Below the pieces are notes generated by a model that did no database searches, was not told where the DNA came from, and saw only the letters and a list, made by a program, of their open reading frames with translations. Positions 39,857-51,300 of a DNA stretch of 64,000 bases are shown piece by piece. Made by a program: the position numbers and the translations under genes. Source of the DNA: Bilabrum cf. latius. Its lineage: Eukaryota. Location of the stretch: NCBI GenBank assembly GCA_965178125.1, contig OZ237765.1:558001-622000 (forward strand), in the 5' to 3' direction. Position 1 is the first letter of the stretch. Every line of letters starts with the position of its first letter.

Positions 39857-40966
39857 ATGCAAACCTGCTTTGCTCTGGCTGCACTTGTGCTGGGGCTTGC
39901 CTGGCAATCGCACGGTAGGCGCCACAAATACCTCAGGGCTGCCCACCACCGCTCCCGGTTAACAGGAGCGAGCGGTGAGCGCTCTATCGGAGACTGGTTG
40001 AACGACGTGAAACATAAGGCCGAAACTGGGACTCAGACCCTGATTCGCAAAGGGATTAATGGGACGACGCCAGATTTTAGCGAACCCTCATCAGGTATGG
40101 AGGCTCTTGCCTTTTCATGGGACGAAATGAAGCGCGAGGCGTATGATGCAGCCGCCATGTACTGTCCCGTCCCCCAAGTAGAGTCCTGGGATTGTGCGTC
40201 ATGCCGCGAGGTCTCCGATAGGTCAGAGGGGTCGCCGACGCAGGTTCGCGTCATCAGGACGCCCTCGTCCTCAACGGATGCCCTCGTAACCGTGCTTCGC
40301 AGGGCTGATGGGGGGATTTCTGTTAGCTTTAGGGGAACCGTCAATGCAAAGGAGTGGTGGCTCAATTTCAAGAGCGCAGCTGCCACAGCGTTCCCTTTTG
40401 GCGGCGGACAGTGCGAGGGATGCCGCGTGGGGATGGGCTTTCTCGAGGGGTACGAGTCCCTCCGTGCGAAGATCATATCCGCAATTGATGAATTCAGGAT
40501 GGAAACGCCACGAGAAGAAGTGGACGTGGTGGTCACGGGGCACTCCAGGGGTTCAGCTCTTGCCACGCTTGGGGTGCTCGACCTCTACTTCGAGCGGTTC
40601 ACGCGCATCAGGGGGGTCGTATTCGCGTCTCCGCTGGTGGGCAACCGCAAGTTTCAGGAGGTTTTCAACGGCAAGATAGCCCGTGGCCGCTTCGTGCGTG
40701 TTGTGCATCACGAAGACCCAGTCCCAAATGTCCCTCGAACTACGCTTCTGGGCAAGCCCTACTTCCACGTTGGGATCGAGGTCTTCCTCACGTATGCCTT
40801 TGGTGATATCCTGAGGATGCACCCCAAGGCGAGCGTGTGCCTGGACGACCACAACTGGGCCAAGGAGGACTGGGGGTGCTCCCGAAACCTCCTCATCCGG
40901 GCCCAGGCCACGGACCACGCCAAGTACATGGGGGTCATGTTCGGCGTGGGGCTGGCTGCGTGCTGA
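39857..40966 (+). CDS. Secreted class 3 (fungal-type) lipase
   Basis: Signal peptide MQTCFALAALVLGLA; motifs AAAMYC..W.C..C, VSFRGT, VTGHSRG (nucleophile elbow), FASPLVGN, HHEDPVP and DHAKYMG; ends at TGA; no internal TAG. Confidence 0.9.
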   Translation: MQTCFALAALVLGLAWQSHGRRHKYLRAAHHRSRLTGASGERSIGDWLNDVKHKAETGTQTLIRKGINGTTPDFSEPSSGMEALAFSWDEMKREAYDAAAMYCPVPQVESWDCASCREVSDRSEGSPTQVRVIRTPSSSTDALVTVLRRADGGISVSFRGTVNAKEWWLNFKSAAATAFPFGGGQCEGCRVGMGFLEGYESLRAKIISAIDEFRMETPREEVDVVVTGHSRGSALATLGVLDLYFERFTRIRGVVFASPLVGNRKFQEVFNGKIARGRFVRVVHHEDPVPNVPRTTLLGKPYFHVGIEVFLTYAFGDILRMHPKASVCLDDHNWAKEDWGCSRNLLIRAQATDHAKYMGVMFGVGLAAC

Positions 40967-41684
40967 TGGGGGGGGGGCGGGGGCTGGAATGGTGAATGGG
41001 CGGACGAGGGGGTGGGATGGAGGCTTATTGCAGGTGCATGGTATAGCGGGGCCTCAACTGAATGGGCAATGCGGCCATTGGGCATTGCTAGAAGGAGATA
41101 GAGGGCGTCAGGGAGAGAGTCGCGGATGGGGAGGAGAACGCACAAACTCGTCTTGGGTAGGGTGGCTGAACTTCTCCGCATAATGCATTAGATCTATATT
41201 TGCAGCTGCTGTGAACTCGATTCGGATCCGGCAATGGTCCACCAGCAGAATAGCAGGCTACCGCCCGAACCGATCCGAATCGATCACCAGGTCGGTCCAG
41301 TAACCTTCCTTTTATATCTTATTCGCATTCTCCGGTAGACTATGCCAACATGTCGGTCTGGGTGTCTCTCGACACCGGTACCTTGTGCCCAAGTGTGATG
41401 ATTGTCTTCGGAACCCCTGGCACTTCTGCTTCTCCTAGACTCTACTTTGCTCGAGTATCGCATTTGCACGGCGATGGGATGCTGCAGTAGTAATACGATC
41501 GTTTCTATTCAATGCAGATACTTCTAACCGAGGAATGGGATGCGATAGATTCAGACCGGTAAGGTAGCACGCTCCGATCTTGCGAAGCCGTACAAGCCTC
41601 CCACCGCCAGACTTCTGCTGCGTATTGATCACATGCCGCAATCGGTACTACCGCGATATATTAATGTAGTTACCATGTTCGTAG

Positions 41685-43372
41685 GAGCGGAGATCTGGAC
41701 ATTGGTGAGCTCATGAAGCTCATGGAAAGGATCGGGGTTCAGATCTCAAGGGAGGTTCTCGAGAAGCGCCGAATTCGACGACGACAGCAGCGGGACGCTC
41801 ACTCGAGACGAACTGATACCATTTTTGAAACAGTATCGGACCGGCCAACCGACGCCATCGACGAGCTGATGACCCGATTCGGGTCCGAGGGCAAGATGAC
41901 CGCAGCGCAGTTTGCACGATTCCAAGCCGAGCACCAGGGCGAAGATGGCGCATCAGGAGAATCCCCGGAGCAGCTCCTGGCGCGATACCGCGCTGCGCTC
42001 CTCCAGGCTGCGGATGAGGCGAAAGATTCCGCGGGCGACGTGGATCCCGCCATCCAGGGGTACCGCGCCACAGTGGAACGCGCGGCGAGCCTTGCCGAGG
42101 ACGGGGCAGAGAAGCCCCCCACGGACGGAGCGGCCGCGGCAAGCGGCGGAGGGGGGGGGGCGATGCGACCTCTTCGGCGGAAGGGACGAGCAAGATGAAC
42201 CCGCTGCAGAAGAAGCGGAGCTCGGAGGAAGGCGCCAATGTGCCTCACGCGGTGCGCCGCAATACGGCAGCCGTGGAGGGCGGCGACCGACGTAGAGCGG
42301 AGAAGGCAAAATCAGCCATATCTGGGTCATCCCCCACCGTGGACGTGCGAGAGCTGATGGCGCTGCTAACGGATCCGGAGCAGAACGGCATCGTGGCCCA
42401 TAGCCGGTCTGCAGCGGTGTGGCAGGATATGTCTCGGCCCCTGTCCCACTACCACATCTCATCCACGCACAATTCGTACCTCGCCGGCAACCAGCTCTGG
42501 GGCGAATCGAGCGGCGATGCTCTAAGGCGAGCCCTTTCGCTCGGTGCTAGAGTGGTGAAGCTGGACACGTACGATGGCAGCCCCGAGCCCATCATCACGC
42601 ACGGAGGCACGCTCGCCTCCAAGCTGGGTTTCAGGGACGCGATTCGCGCCATACGGGAGTACGCGTTCCGGAGCGCCAACGTGCGACCGTCGGATATGCC
42701 AGTCATCATCACACTCGAGAACCACTGCTCGCAGGAGCAGCAGGTGGTGCAGGCTCGCTTTCTGCGCGAGGAGCTCAAGGACCTCATGTACGTGCCCCCG
42801 GCCACGCGGCTTGCGCAGTACCCGAGTCCCATGTCGCTCAAGGGCAAGATCATCATCCGGGCGTGCCGCTGCCTGTGGTAGCGGATGACGGAACCGGCGC
42901 CGCGGTAAAGCACACGGCAGAGGAGAAAGCAGCGGCCCAGGAGGAGGACGAGGGGGAGAACGATGGCGGCAAGGAGGAAGGGGGCGAGGGCAAGGCAACG
43001 GGGGGCGGCGGCGACAAGGCTCACAAGCCCAAGAAAGCGATGCATCCGGATCTACTGGCTCTCGTGACGGTGTCAAATGTTAAGTTCAAGGGACTGGACA
43101 AGCTGGGTGTCCTCGGCGCCGGGAGCACGTCGATCTCCTTCGATGAGGACAAGATCGTCAAGGTGGCGGGCAAGTCGCCGAGCAGCGCCGGCTTCATTCG
43201 GTACTTGCAGAAGCACCTGGCCCGGACGTACCCCCGCGGGCTTCGCGTGGATTCATCGAACTACATGCCCACGTCCATGTGGCAGGTGGGTTGCCAGATC
43301 GTGGACCTCAACTACCAGTCGGACGCACAGCGATGTTCTTGTGAAGCCATCCCAACAACACCTGCCGGGTGA
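41685..43372 (+). pseudogene. Phosphoinositide-specific phospholipase C, frameshifted and truncated (pseudogene or assembly error)
   Basis: EF-hand-like GDLDIGEL, X-box QDMSRPLSHYHISSTHNSYLAGNQL, THGGTL, PVIITLENHCS, LKGKIII; Y-box RTYPRGLRVDSSNY. Spread over three frames (shifts at ~42155 and ~42860); similarity stops after LNYQ and no C2 domain follows. Confidence 0.7.
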
Positions 43373-43688
43373 AGACCAGCAGTAGGCAGACAGGACCCGA
43401 GTGGAGATGCAGAGAGGGAGGGCGCTGATCTGGAGATGCAATCATTTGTCGTTGCGTTTCAATGAAATAGATCTTATCCATTAAATAAAAGAAAGATGAA
43501 TGTTCCCGGATTGTGGGCCTAGCTTGCTGAAAGCCGGGCAGGGTCTGATGATCAGACTCTGATCTTCCCCAGGGATGGTGGCCGACAACCTACACCGGCG
43601 CCGTCGTGGACACCCTACGTCCACTCATTGCATACTTTTTCTGTTCAGCCTAGCTTCAAAAAATGAGGTCAGAACCACCCCCCGATAG

Positions 43689-43910
43689 GCTGGACGCTCT
43701 GCGGCGCCACATTTCAACTCAAATTGTCAAGCCTGGCCCCAGGGTGAACGGTCCCTCGAGTATCAGATTGCTACATCAAAGTGATCACACCTTCAATATA
43801 AATAGTTTGTATATTGTAAAATAATGCGAGTGTGCGCGCCATAGCCACTCGTTGGAATTGTATCGAGAGCCTGCTTGAGACCAGCACGCTGGACGCTCTG
43901 CGGCGCCACA
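43689..43910 (+). repeat. 23-bp perfect direct repeat pair
   Basis: GCTGGACGCTCTGCGGCGCCACA at 43689-43711 and 43888-43910. Confidence 0.8.
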
Positions 43911-45330
43911 AAACACATCACTGAGCACCACATAGAGATACACCAGTGCATGCATCAAAATCACAAATCATTAATACAATTGTATATTATTCTGTACCAG
44001 CAGGCCTTTTGACTTGCTGCAGCTGGGCTAGTGCTGCACACGCCATCTGCGACCAAATCGGTCAGAGCAGGTACCCAAGACAAGTGCGCACTACTTGCTG
44101 CATGCATCTTAAGCTAACTTGACAAGAACTTTCTTATAGGGTGCAAGTATTGCGGCAACACCCCATGAATTCCAGACAATCACCATGCCAGCCTATGCTT
44201 TAGAGCATGGCAGATCTGGTTTGCCCTGAACACTAGCTGCGTGCATCATGGGCCAGGGTTTGCGGTTTTATAATTTAAATTACGGGTTTAGGTTGTCGGC
44301 CAAAGTCTCAGACTAGGCAGGTGAGGTCAGGAGGTCAAGTTGTGATCGACCGGCGAGGTGTCATTCCGGTTCGAGTCTACACGTGCAAAAAAGACAGAGA
44401 TCGGCCTCTGTGCTAGGCAAGACTAGTAAAAGAACTACTAAAGTAGCCTTAGCCAGTAGCTTTCGTTTCTGGCATGGCCGAACTAGCTGGAGCGAACCAA
44501 GATGCGGTCGGAGCAGAGCGCAAATTAACTGGTTCACAGCTTCGTGCTGCTTATTGACGGCGCTTTAAGCACATACATCTGTAATGCAAGCAATGCATTG
44601 CAGAAAAATAAACACAATCATATCTTTTACACAATATCTCCGTGCTATTCACTTGTATGACGGATTTATTGATCAAATTGCAACACGAGCAACCCACATA
44701 TCGTCGGCCGGGATGTTCGGACTTGTGCCTCAAATTTGATGTCGTACGCTGAGCGCAGTTTCCGTTCGAGGTGTAAAAATGGATGAAACGCAATCGAAGT
44801 GGAGAAATGCGTGGTCAGGGGTATCATTTGCGAGGCACGAGTGGGCAGCCGTATGATGGGTGATAAATCCGCAGATTGAGGAGAAAAGGGCAGTACTACA
44901 GCACCAGTCGGTTCGACGACAAGTAAAGGAGAGAATTAGAAGAGTAGTACTAGGTTGTTACGTACGATGTGTGATAGTGTGATATCAGTGCCATTTAGGA
45001 ATATGACGGGTCCTTTCCAAAACTTCACCCCAATCCAATCCGGATCGATGATGTATTTAATCCTGATATCACAGCAAACGCTGGCTTGTCCTGACTATTC
45101 GTGAATAAATAATTGGCCAGTGTTTCATATCTACCTGCTTAAAGAAGTTGTCAACAAGTTGATCCGGCTACGGGAGTTGCCAGCGTGCAAGCATAGTTTT
45201 ACTCAGTGCTTGATTCGCGGGATAGTTGCTCAAATCTATAGCCAGGAACAGTAAAAGAAAGACGGATTTCAAGCAGTTATATACTTGCCTACATATCACG
45301 GGTTCCGCCTTGCGCCATTCATTGTGCAGC

Positions 45331-48300
45331 ATGAACTTGAGAGCGAGGGCATTCATCGTCGTGGCACTCTGCAGTGCCCTTGCTGAACAGTCGAGCCTGT
45401 GTGCTAGAACAGACTAGTGCGGACCGTATTTCACATTCGACACCACTAAACAAATTAATCAATTATGCAGCAACGAATCGAACCCTCCGATGGGTGTAGC
45501 AGACGTACGTAGGACAACGGATTCTTGGGAGGACGGTCAGGTATCTTCAAGAGTGTTGTCACCAACAAAGGCAAATGCATTGATATTGCCGGTGGATGGA
45601 TTCATGAATGTTGTCAAGTCTGGAGACGGACGAGTGGAGCCTAGACGTACCAGCGAGCGTGCAGTTGATGGACGCTCGATGACATTCGCTGCTGGTCCTG
45701 TGCTATCTGCTGCTCGCACTGGAAGATCAGGAGGTGGCGCAGCTGGCTTGGCTGGAGCGCTGGGTCCTAGACTGACCTAGTTTAGCACTTGGAGCAACGG
45801 CAGCTTCTCAGCATCTGTTGGACTAGCGGCCATCGCGCCATGTGATCGCGACAGAAGCGAGCTTTTGCAGACGCACAGCTCATAGGTAGGACAGCTGACC
45901 TCCTTTTTGGGTGGGTGGAAACCGCTGGTGCTGCCTGCCGGATCATCTGGGCTGGTAACTTAGCACTCCAACATCACCATCCTGCTTGACGCAACATTGC
46001 GGCCTTCAGATGCCAACCTTCTGGGTGTCAACAGGAGCACGGTCGTCAGCAGAGGCAATACGAATAGCCCGCTAGATTCAATAAGGGCCGTCCGAGTGCT
46101 ATTTGATAGCGCCGAGCAGCAAACAGAGGTGCCCGACCCACCAGATCTCGACGGGTGCATGTTTGAGAGGTCGGGGGACGCGCGCACGCTGGTGAAGGAG
46201 CTGCACTGGGACCCGAAGCATTTTGGATGGTCTAGTTGGGACTCCGTCCTGGCCAATGTCGCGATGCACGCTGCAGAGTATGTGTGCGATCGCGGCGCCA
46301 TGGATCGAGCTACTGGCAGTATTACCGCTCGTTTGCGATTCAAAGCGGATCCAGTGACTATTTATGGAGCCGCAGCGCTTCTATACAGCTAGCATGGCAA
46401 CTTCAGGCTGGCAGAGCAGGCGACGATGGATCGCAATACCTGCATTCGAGGAGTAGTGCAGGGCGTGTCCGGCCACGCTGTACCCGACTCGCATGTTCAA
46501 AGTAAATCTACGAGTGCTTCTGGTGTATTGGACCAGAAAATCAGCCAGTTCAAGGAGGTGGAGCCCCGCGCTGGAGGCCGGCCATCGATGAGTCCTGGGG
46601 AGGAAGTTGGGCATTTTTCGGCACCTGTTCCAGACCATGATCTACCAGCTGGAGTGTCCCCTAGCGTGACACCTCCAGTGGCTGACTGGACCGTAAGCGT
46701 GGAGCGAGCCCCCCTTGGCGTGGGCTGCATGCCGCGAGACGCCTCATTTCCAAGCAGACATGATGGCAACTACTTCGCCTTGGGACACACGATGCGCTAG
46801 AGGCTGGGACTGACCGAGACGCAGTGGAAGAGAGCAAGTGCTCGCACAGCTGGATGCTTGAGGGTCACAGCGGTGCCCACCATTTCAACGAGAGCTACCA
46901 TGCAGGGTGCATTGACTGGCAATGGATCCTTCACCCGGCCAACTGCGACACGCCTAGACTATGACAGCGCATTGGAAGCATTCGTGGCGCCGAATGGGAT
47001 TCCTGTGCTGCCCAATGGAGCAATGCTTGACATGCCTGTGCAGGCGCAGCGCAACAACCGTGGGGTAGGAAGCTTGCCATACGAGGCGCTTGGAAAGGGA
47101 ATATCGCGCACGAAGGTCGCATGGGGTCCTGGAGACCTTTTCGGCGCGTCGTTCGCAAAGCTGCCTCCGCACCTCTCCGGGTCGTTCAGTCGTCCCCTTG
47201 ACTCTGGAGCGTATGCTTTCGCAAGAAACTAGTCTGTTTTTGCCAACTAGGCCAAGGTTGTCCACGGAGAGCTCGTCACACTCGTCCGACCCCCACCCAT
47301 CCGAGTGCACGCAGTCCGGCTGATTGTGGGTGCCCCTCGTGCCTGGGCAGCGTCTGGCCGAAAAGGAGCCATCTGCGTCGTGGACTTCGTCGTGGACCTC
47401 CTCGATAGGCCCGTTGCCCTGAACGCTGTGGGAGAGGCTGTTCGCATCGACGATCAGGATGCTATCGAGGGTGCAGCTGACGAGGGCCCGGATCTGCTCC
47501 GAAAGCAAGACCTGCAAGAGCGGCTCATTGTGTCCATGTCTAATCCTATCGTTCTGGCAGCACCCGGCCTAGGCGGGGAGCTGACAAGGCAAAGCGGAGG
47601 CTTGGCGCTCGACTTGGACTCGATGCAGGTTCAAGGCGACGTGCATGCTCGCATGGAAGACGTGCTGCGCGCGGGATCGCTCCTCGGTGCATCCCTTGCT
47701 GTCCTTGGGGATCTTTCGCTGCCTACGGAGATGCTTGCCGCGCCTTTCAATGACTCGCTAACGGCAGACCATGGCGCGTTTATGAACACGCATGATTCAT
47801 TTGCACCGCTCTCTGCAATGCAGAGACGCCAGGCAAGCTCGAAGCATCGCTCGGACCGGCAGTCTTACACCGTGATCGCAGCCGGTGCTCCGGGTGCGGG
47901 TACTAGGAAAGAGGGTGCTGTCATTCTACTGTGGCTGCAGGCATCTCCTGCATTGCAAAAGAGACACGCTGTACAAGGACAGGCTGTGATAGACTCAACC
48001 ATGATGTACTCTCGCTCGCAGCCGGGCACCATCCTCGACAGGTTGCCAACTGTGATTGCATGGCGAGTCTTGGGCGTAAGCCCGTAGCCTCATTGCGTGT
48101 ACACGCCATCGTTCTGCCTGTCTCCGGCAGATATGGGCCTGCTCTTGCCTGAGACGCTTAGTCGCGGCACCAACGTCACCGAGGCATTGCAAGGGGCGAT
48201 GCACGTGACGGATGGGCAAGAGTCCTTCCACTGCCAAGGCGAGCTGATCGAGGTTCGACTCGATGATGAATTCAAGGGCATCGCGCACTTGCCCAGTCTA

Positions 48301-51300
48301 GGAATGGTTGTAGATCCACGGCCACGGGAAGCATCGGCAAGTGGTGACATTGACCTGAATGGCACTTTCGCGTCGTGCCCTGCCGGCGAGCTTCCTCCCT
48401 TGCGGGCCTCCGTCAGGTATGACCAGGTATTTATCAATCCCATTGCTCCGCTGCCTGATGCCGCACATGCATGTAGCAGCCCTACACTATTGGTTCAGGC
48501 GTTTGAGAGCAAATGCCTCGAGCGGAGTTCCGTGGATGCGTCGTTTGGGGCCTCGTTAGCAGCGTTGGGCGGTCTGGGGCCGACTCGTGATGGCGTCTCC
48601 ATTGCAGTTGCTGCGAGTAGTCAGGTGATGCTCCCACGCGATGCCTCACAGAACGACACTGAGCGACTCCTTGACAGATCTGCATTCCGGGGGGTTGTTC
48701 ATTTGGTCAGGCTAGGCAAGAACGAGGGCCAGGGACTAATGTCTGGGACAGTTTCCGAGTATAGAGGCCCATTGCGCAGCCTCGCTGTATCTATGGAGGC
48801 GGCTGCAAGTACTGTGCGACGGTAGTAGAACTACAGCAGCTTGGATGCAGGGTAGTATGTCCTCGGGTCAATTCGCGGGAGCCTCGATTCGAATGGCACA
48901 GTGCACCTTGCGGCCCTTGCTGCCCCTCACTACCACCTTAGTGACGGACCATCCTACACTCTGGATCATCAGCCTTTCGGAATGCCAGTATACGCTAGCC
49001 GAGGCCTGAGCTTGAACGAATCGGATGCACGCCGGCTGGCGCCGCTCCTTGCGACCACCGAGGTTCGGCAGAACCCGAAGGCGGTGCTTCAGAACTCAGC
49101 ATCTGTTCTTGCTGATCGTGCAATGGCTGCCTCGGAAGTCAATTGCAGCTCACCCAACTCTGGTTTCAATATTTCCGTCGTGCTCCAAACTAGAGCGATA
49201 GATGTTGGTGTAGAAGCAGATACCCACGTCGAAGTCGAGCTGGACAGCTTTGAGATTATCCGTGCAAGAGTTCTAGGCCTACAGTGTGGGCGTGCTCGTG
49301 TCCTTGCCGCTCGCCTTGACGTAGACATCGAGGCCCGTCGTACGCAAAGTGATCCACAGTACGATCGAGTGGTGCTCGATATATCTTGCGAATGGGGCCT
49401 GATTGCACCTGCTCAATTAGCACTGGCAGAGGCGCAGCTGCAGGAGGGAATGATTCAAGTGGACATGCTCGCTACGCGCCAAGTTGATGTTCCACTCGGC
49501 GGCAGCACCTCGAGGCTGATCGCACTTGCTGGTGAAACAGTCGCAGCAGTGGGCAAGCTTGACCGCGCGATCAACGGCGCGTATACAATGCCCGGTGGTC
49601 TGGCTTATGCATTGAAGTGCTCCCAGGCTGGCAGTGTCGTCTCCATCAGCGGCTGGACCCGACGCACTGGCAGGATGGGTGTCACTGCAACTGGGCAGGC
49701 GAGTGGCATGCTGCTATACAGTGTGGAACAGCGGCGATTTCAGCCCTCGTTTGGTCCTTGGCGCTCCGAGTCGATGATGCTTCCTCCAGCGCTGTCTGAA
49801 TCATTTGATGCAATGGCTTATTTGCACACCCCTCTGCTTCGCATAGGCATTCGGAGGGGTCCTAGGGATGAGGAAGTGCACTTCGTGCCAATGCGCCAGA
49901 ATCGCACAGCTCCCGACGCACGTTTGAATTCAAGCTGGATCGAGCTGGTCAGTGATGGTGGTGCAGGCCGGACCCCATAGTATGGCAAACAGGTACCTGT
50001 GTGGTGGACATCCCGACCAAGTCTCCAGGCTCTGCCAGGTCGCACAACCTACGCCATAGCTGAGCCCGGATTAGTTCTAACAGTGTTTCTGGGCGACGTT
50101 CCTGTGGACGCAATCGCCGTAGAGTCCTGCAGCAATGACACTGTAGAACACCCAATTCAAGCAACGTCTGGTTAGGTTTGCATCCGAGCCGTGTACGTTG
50201 AGCTGACAGCCGTGCCCATTGGCCGTCCAATGCAGGCTCGAGTTGAGCTCTTGCAGCCTGAGGAAGCCGTCGCTCTGCTGGACTCCTCGTCTTCAATGGC
50301 GTGCAAGACGCTGCCTGTTCACAACAGTGGATTGATTCCTGGTGTGATTAGCTGCGCAGACTATGGTCTTGCGGCAGCGGGTGCGTTCGAAGCCAATGTG
50401 ACAGCAGCTGTCAGGGCGATCGCATCTCTGCGTTCCGGGCTCGTTCAGCTGAACTAGTCATGGGTAGACATGGCACCAAATGCTACTGGTTTGCACAAGG
50501 TGCACGTAGCGCGCGCCCCAGTCTCACAAGGCCCTCTGACCTTTGGGGCTACAGAGGGTGCAGAATGGGCACCCAGGGCCACGCGTGAGTTGCTAGGACC
50601 GTCAATCCGTGGCATGTCTGTTGCAGTGGGCGGTGCTCCCGGGTACCTGACAGCGGTTCACTCGAACGCGAGCAGTGTCGATTCGGATCCCTCAACCGAC
50701 GCCGTGCAGGCAATTCCTAGAGGCAAGACGTGGTCTGGCCGCACCCGCCTCTCAGCGTCTGGAGCTGATGACATTCGGCTAGACGGGGTGGGACTGTCTA
50801 TATCATCGGCTGCAGCTGGTCCCGCCTTTTCACCCAATGACACAGTGGTAGAACTCAGCTGCCTCATTGACGAGACCCATAGATGGCTCAATGCCTCTGC
50901 AATCGACGGCCAGCGACTTCGTTCTAGCCGAGGGTGTAGTCGCATGCAGCGCGCTCTATGGGCAGCGGGGGGATTGCCTGGCGGATTAGCGGGAGCACTT
51001 GCCATTCGCATGCCTGAGAATGGTTCCATCGACTCGGCTGCAGGTCCACAGGGCAGCAGCAACGAGACCTACCCGTGGGAATCGTCAACTATAGGCCTCC
51101 ATGCAGCTCAAAATGAGTCGATCAAACATATTATTGATGCAGCAGCCGCCGCGGGCAGCGAGTGGGCTCTTGCGTCACGAGGTACCCCCCAAACCTACCT
51201 AGGCGGCGAGGCGTGCCCAGCTGCCATCGTTGGGGCTCAATGGCGGCAGCACGACTTCAGCTTCGTTGTGGCTCCGGACAATAGCACAGGGGCGCCCCCT

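Noticed and set aside
44300-44385. tRNA (possible amber suppressor) suggested by GGTTCGAGTC
   Set aside because: I could not build a T-stem, acceptor stem or cloverleaf around it; tRNAscan-SE would settle it.
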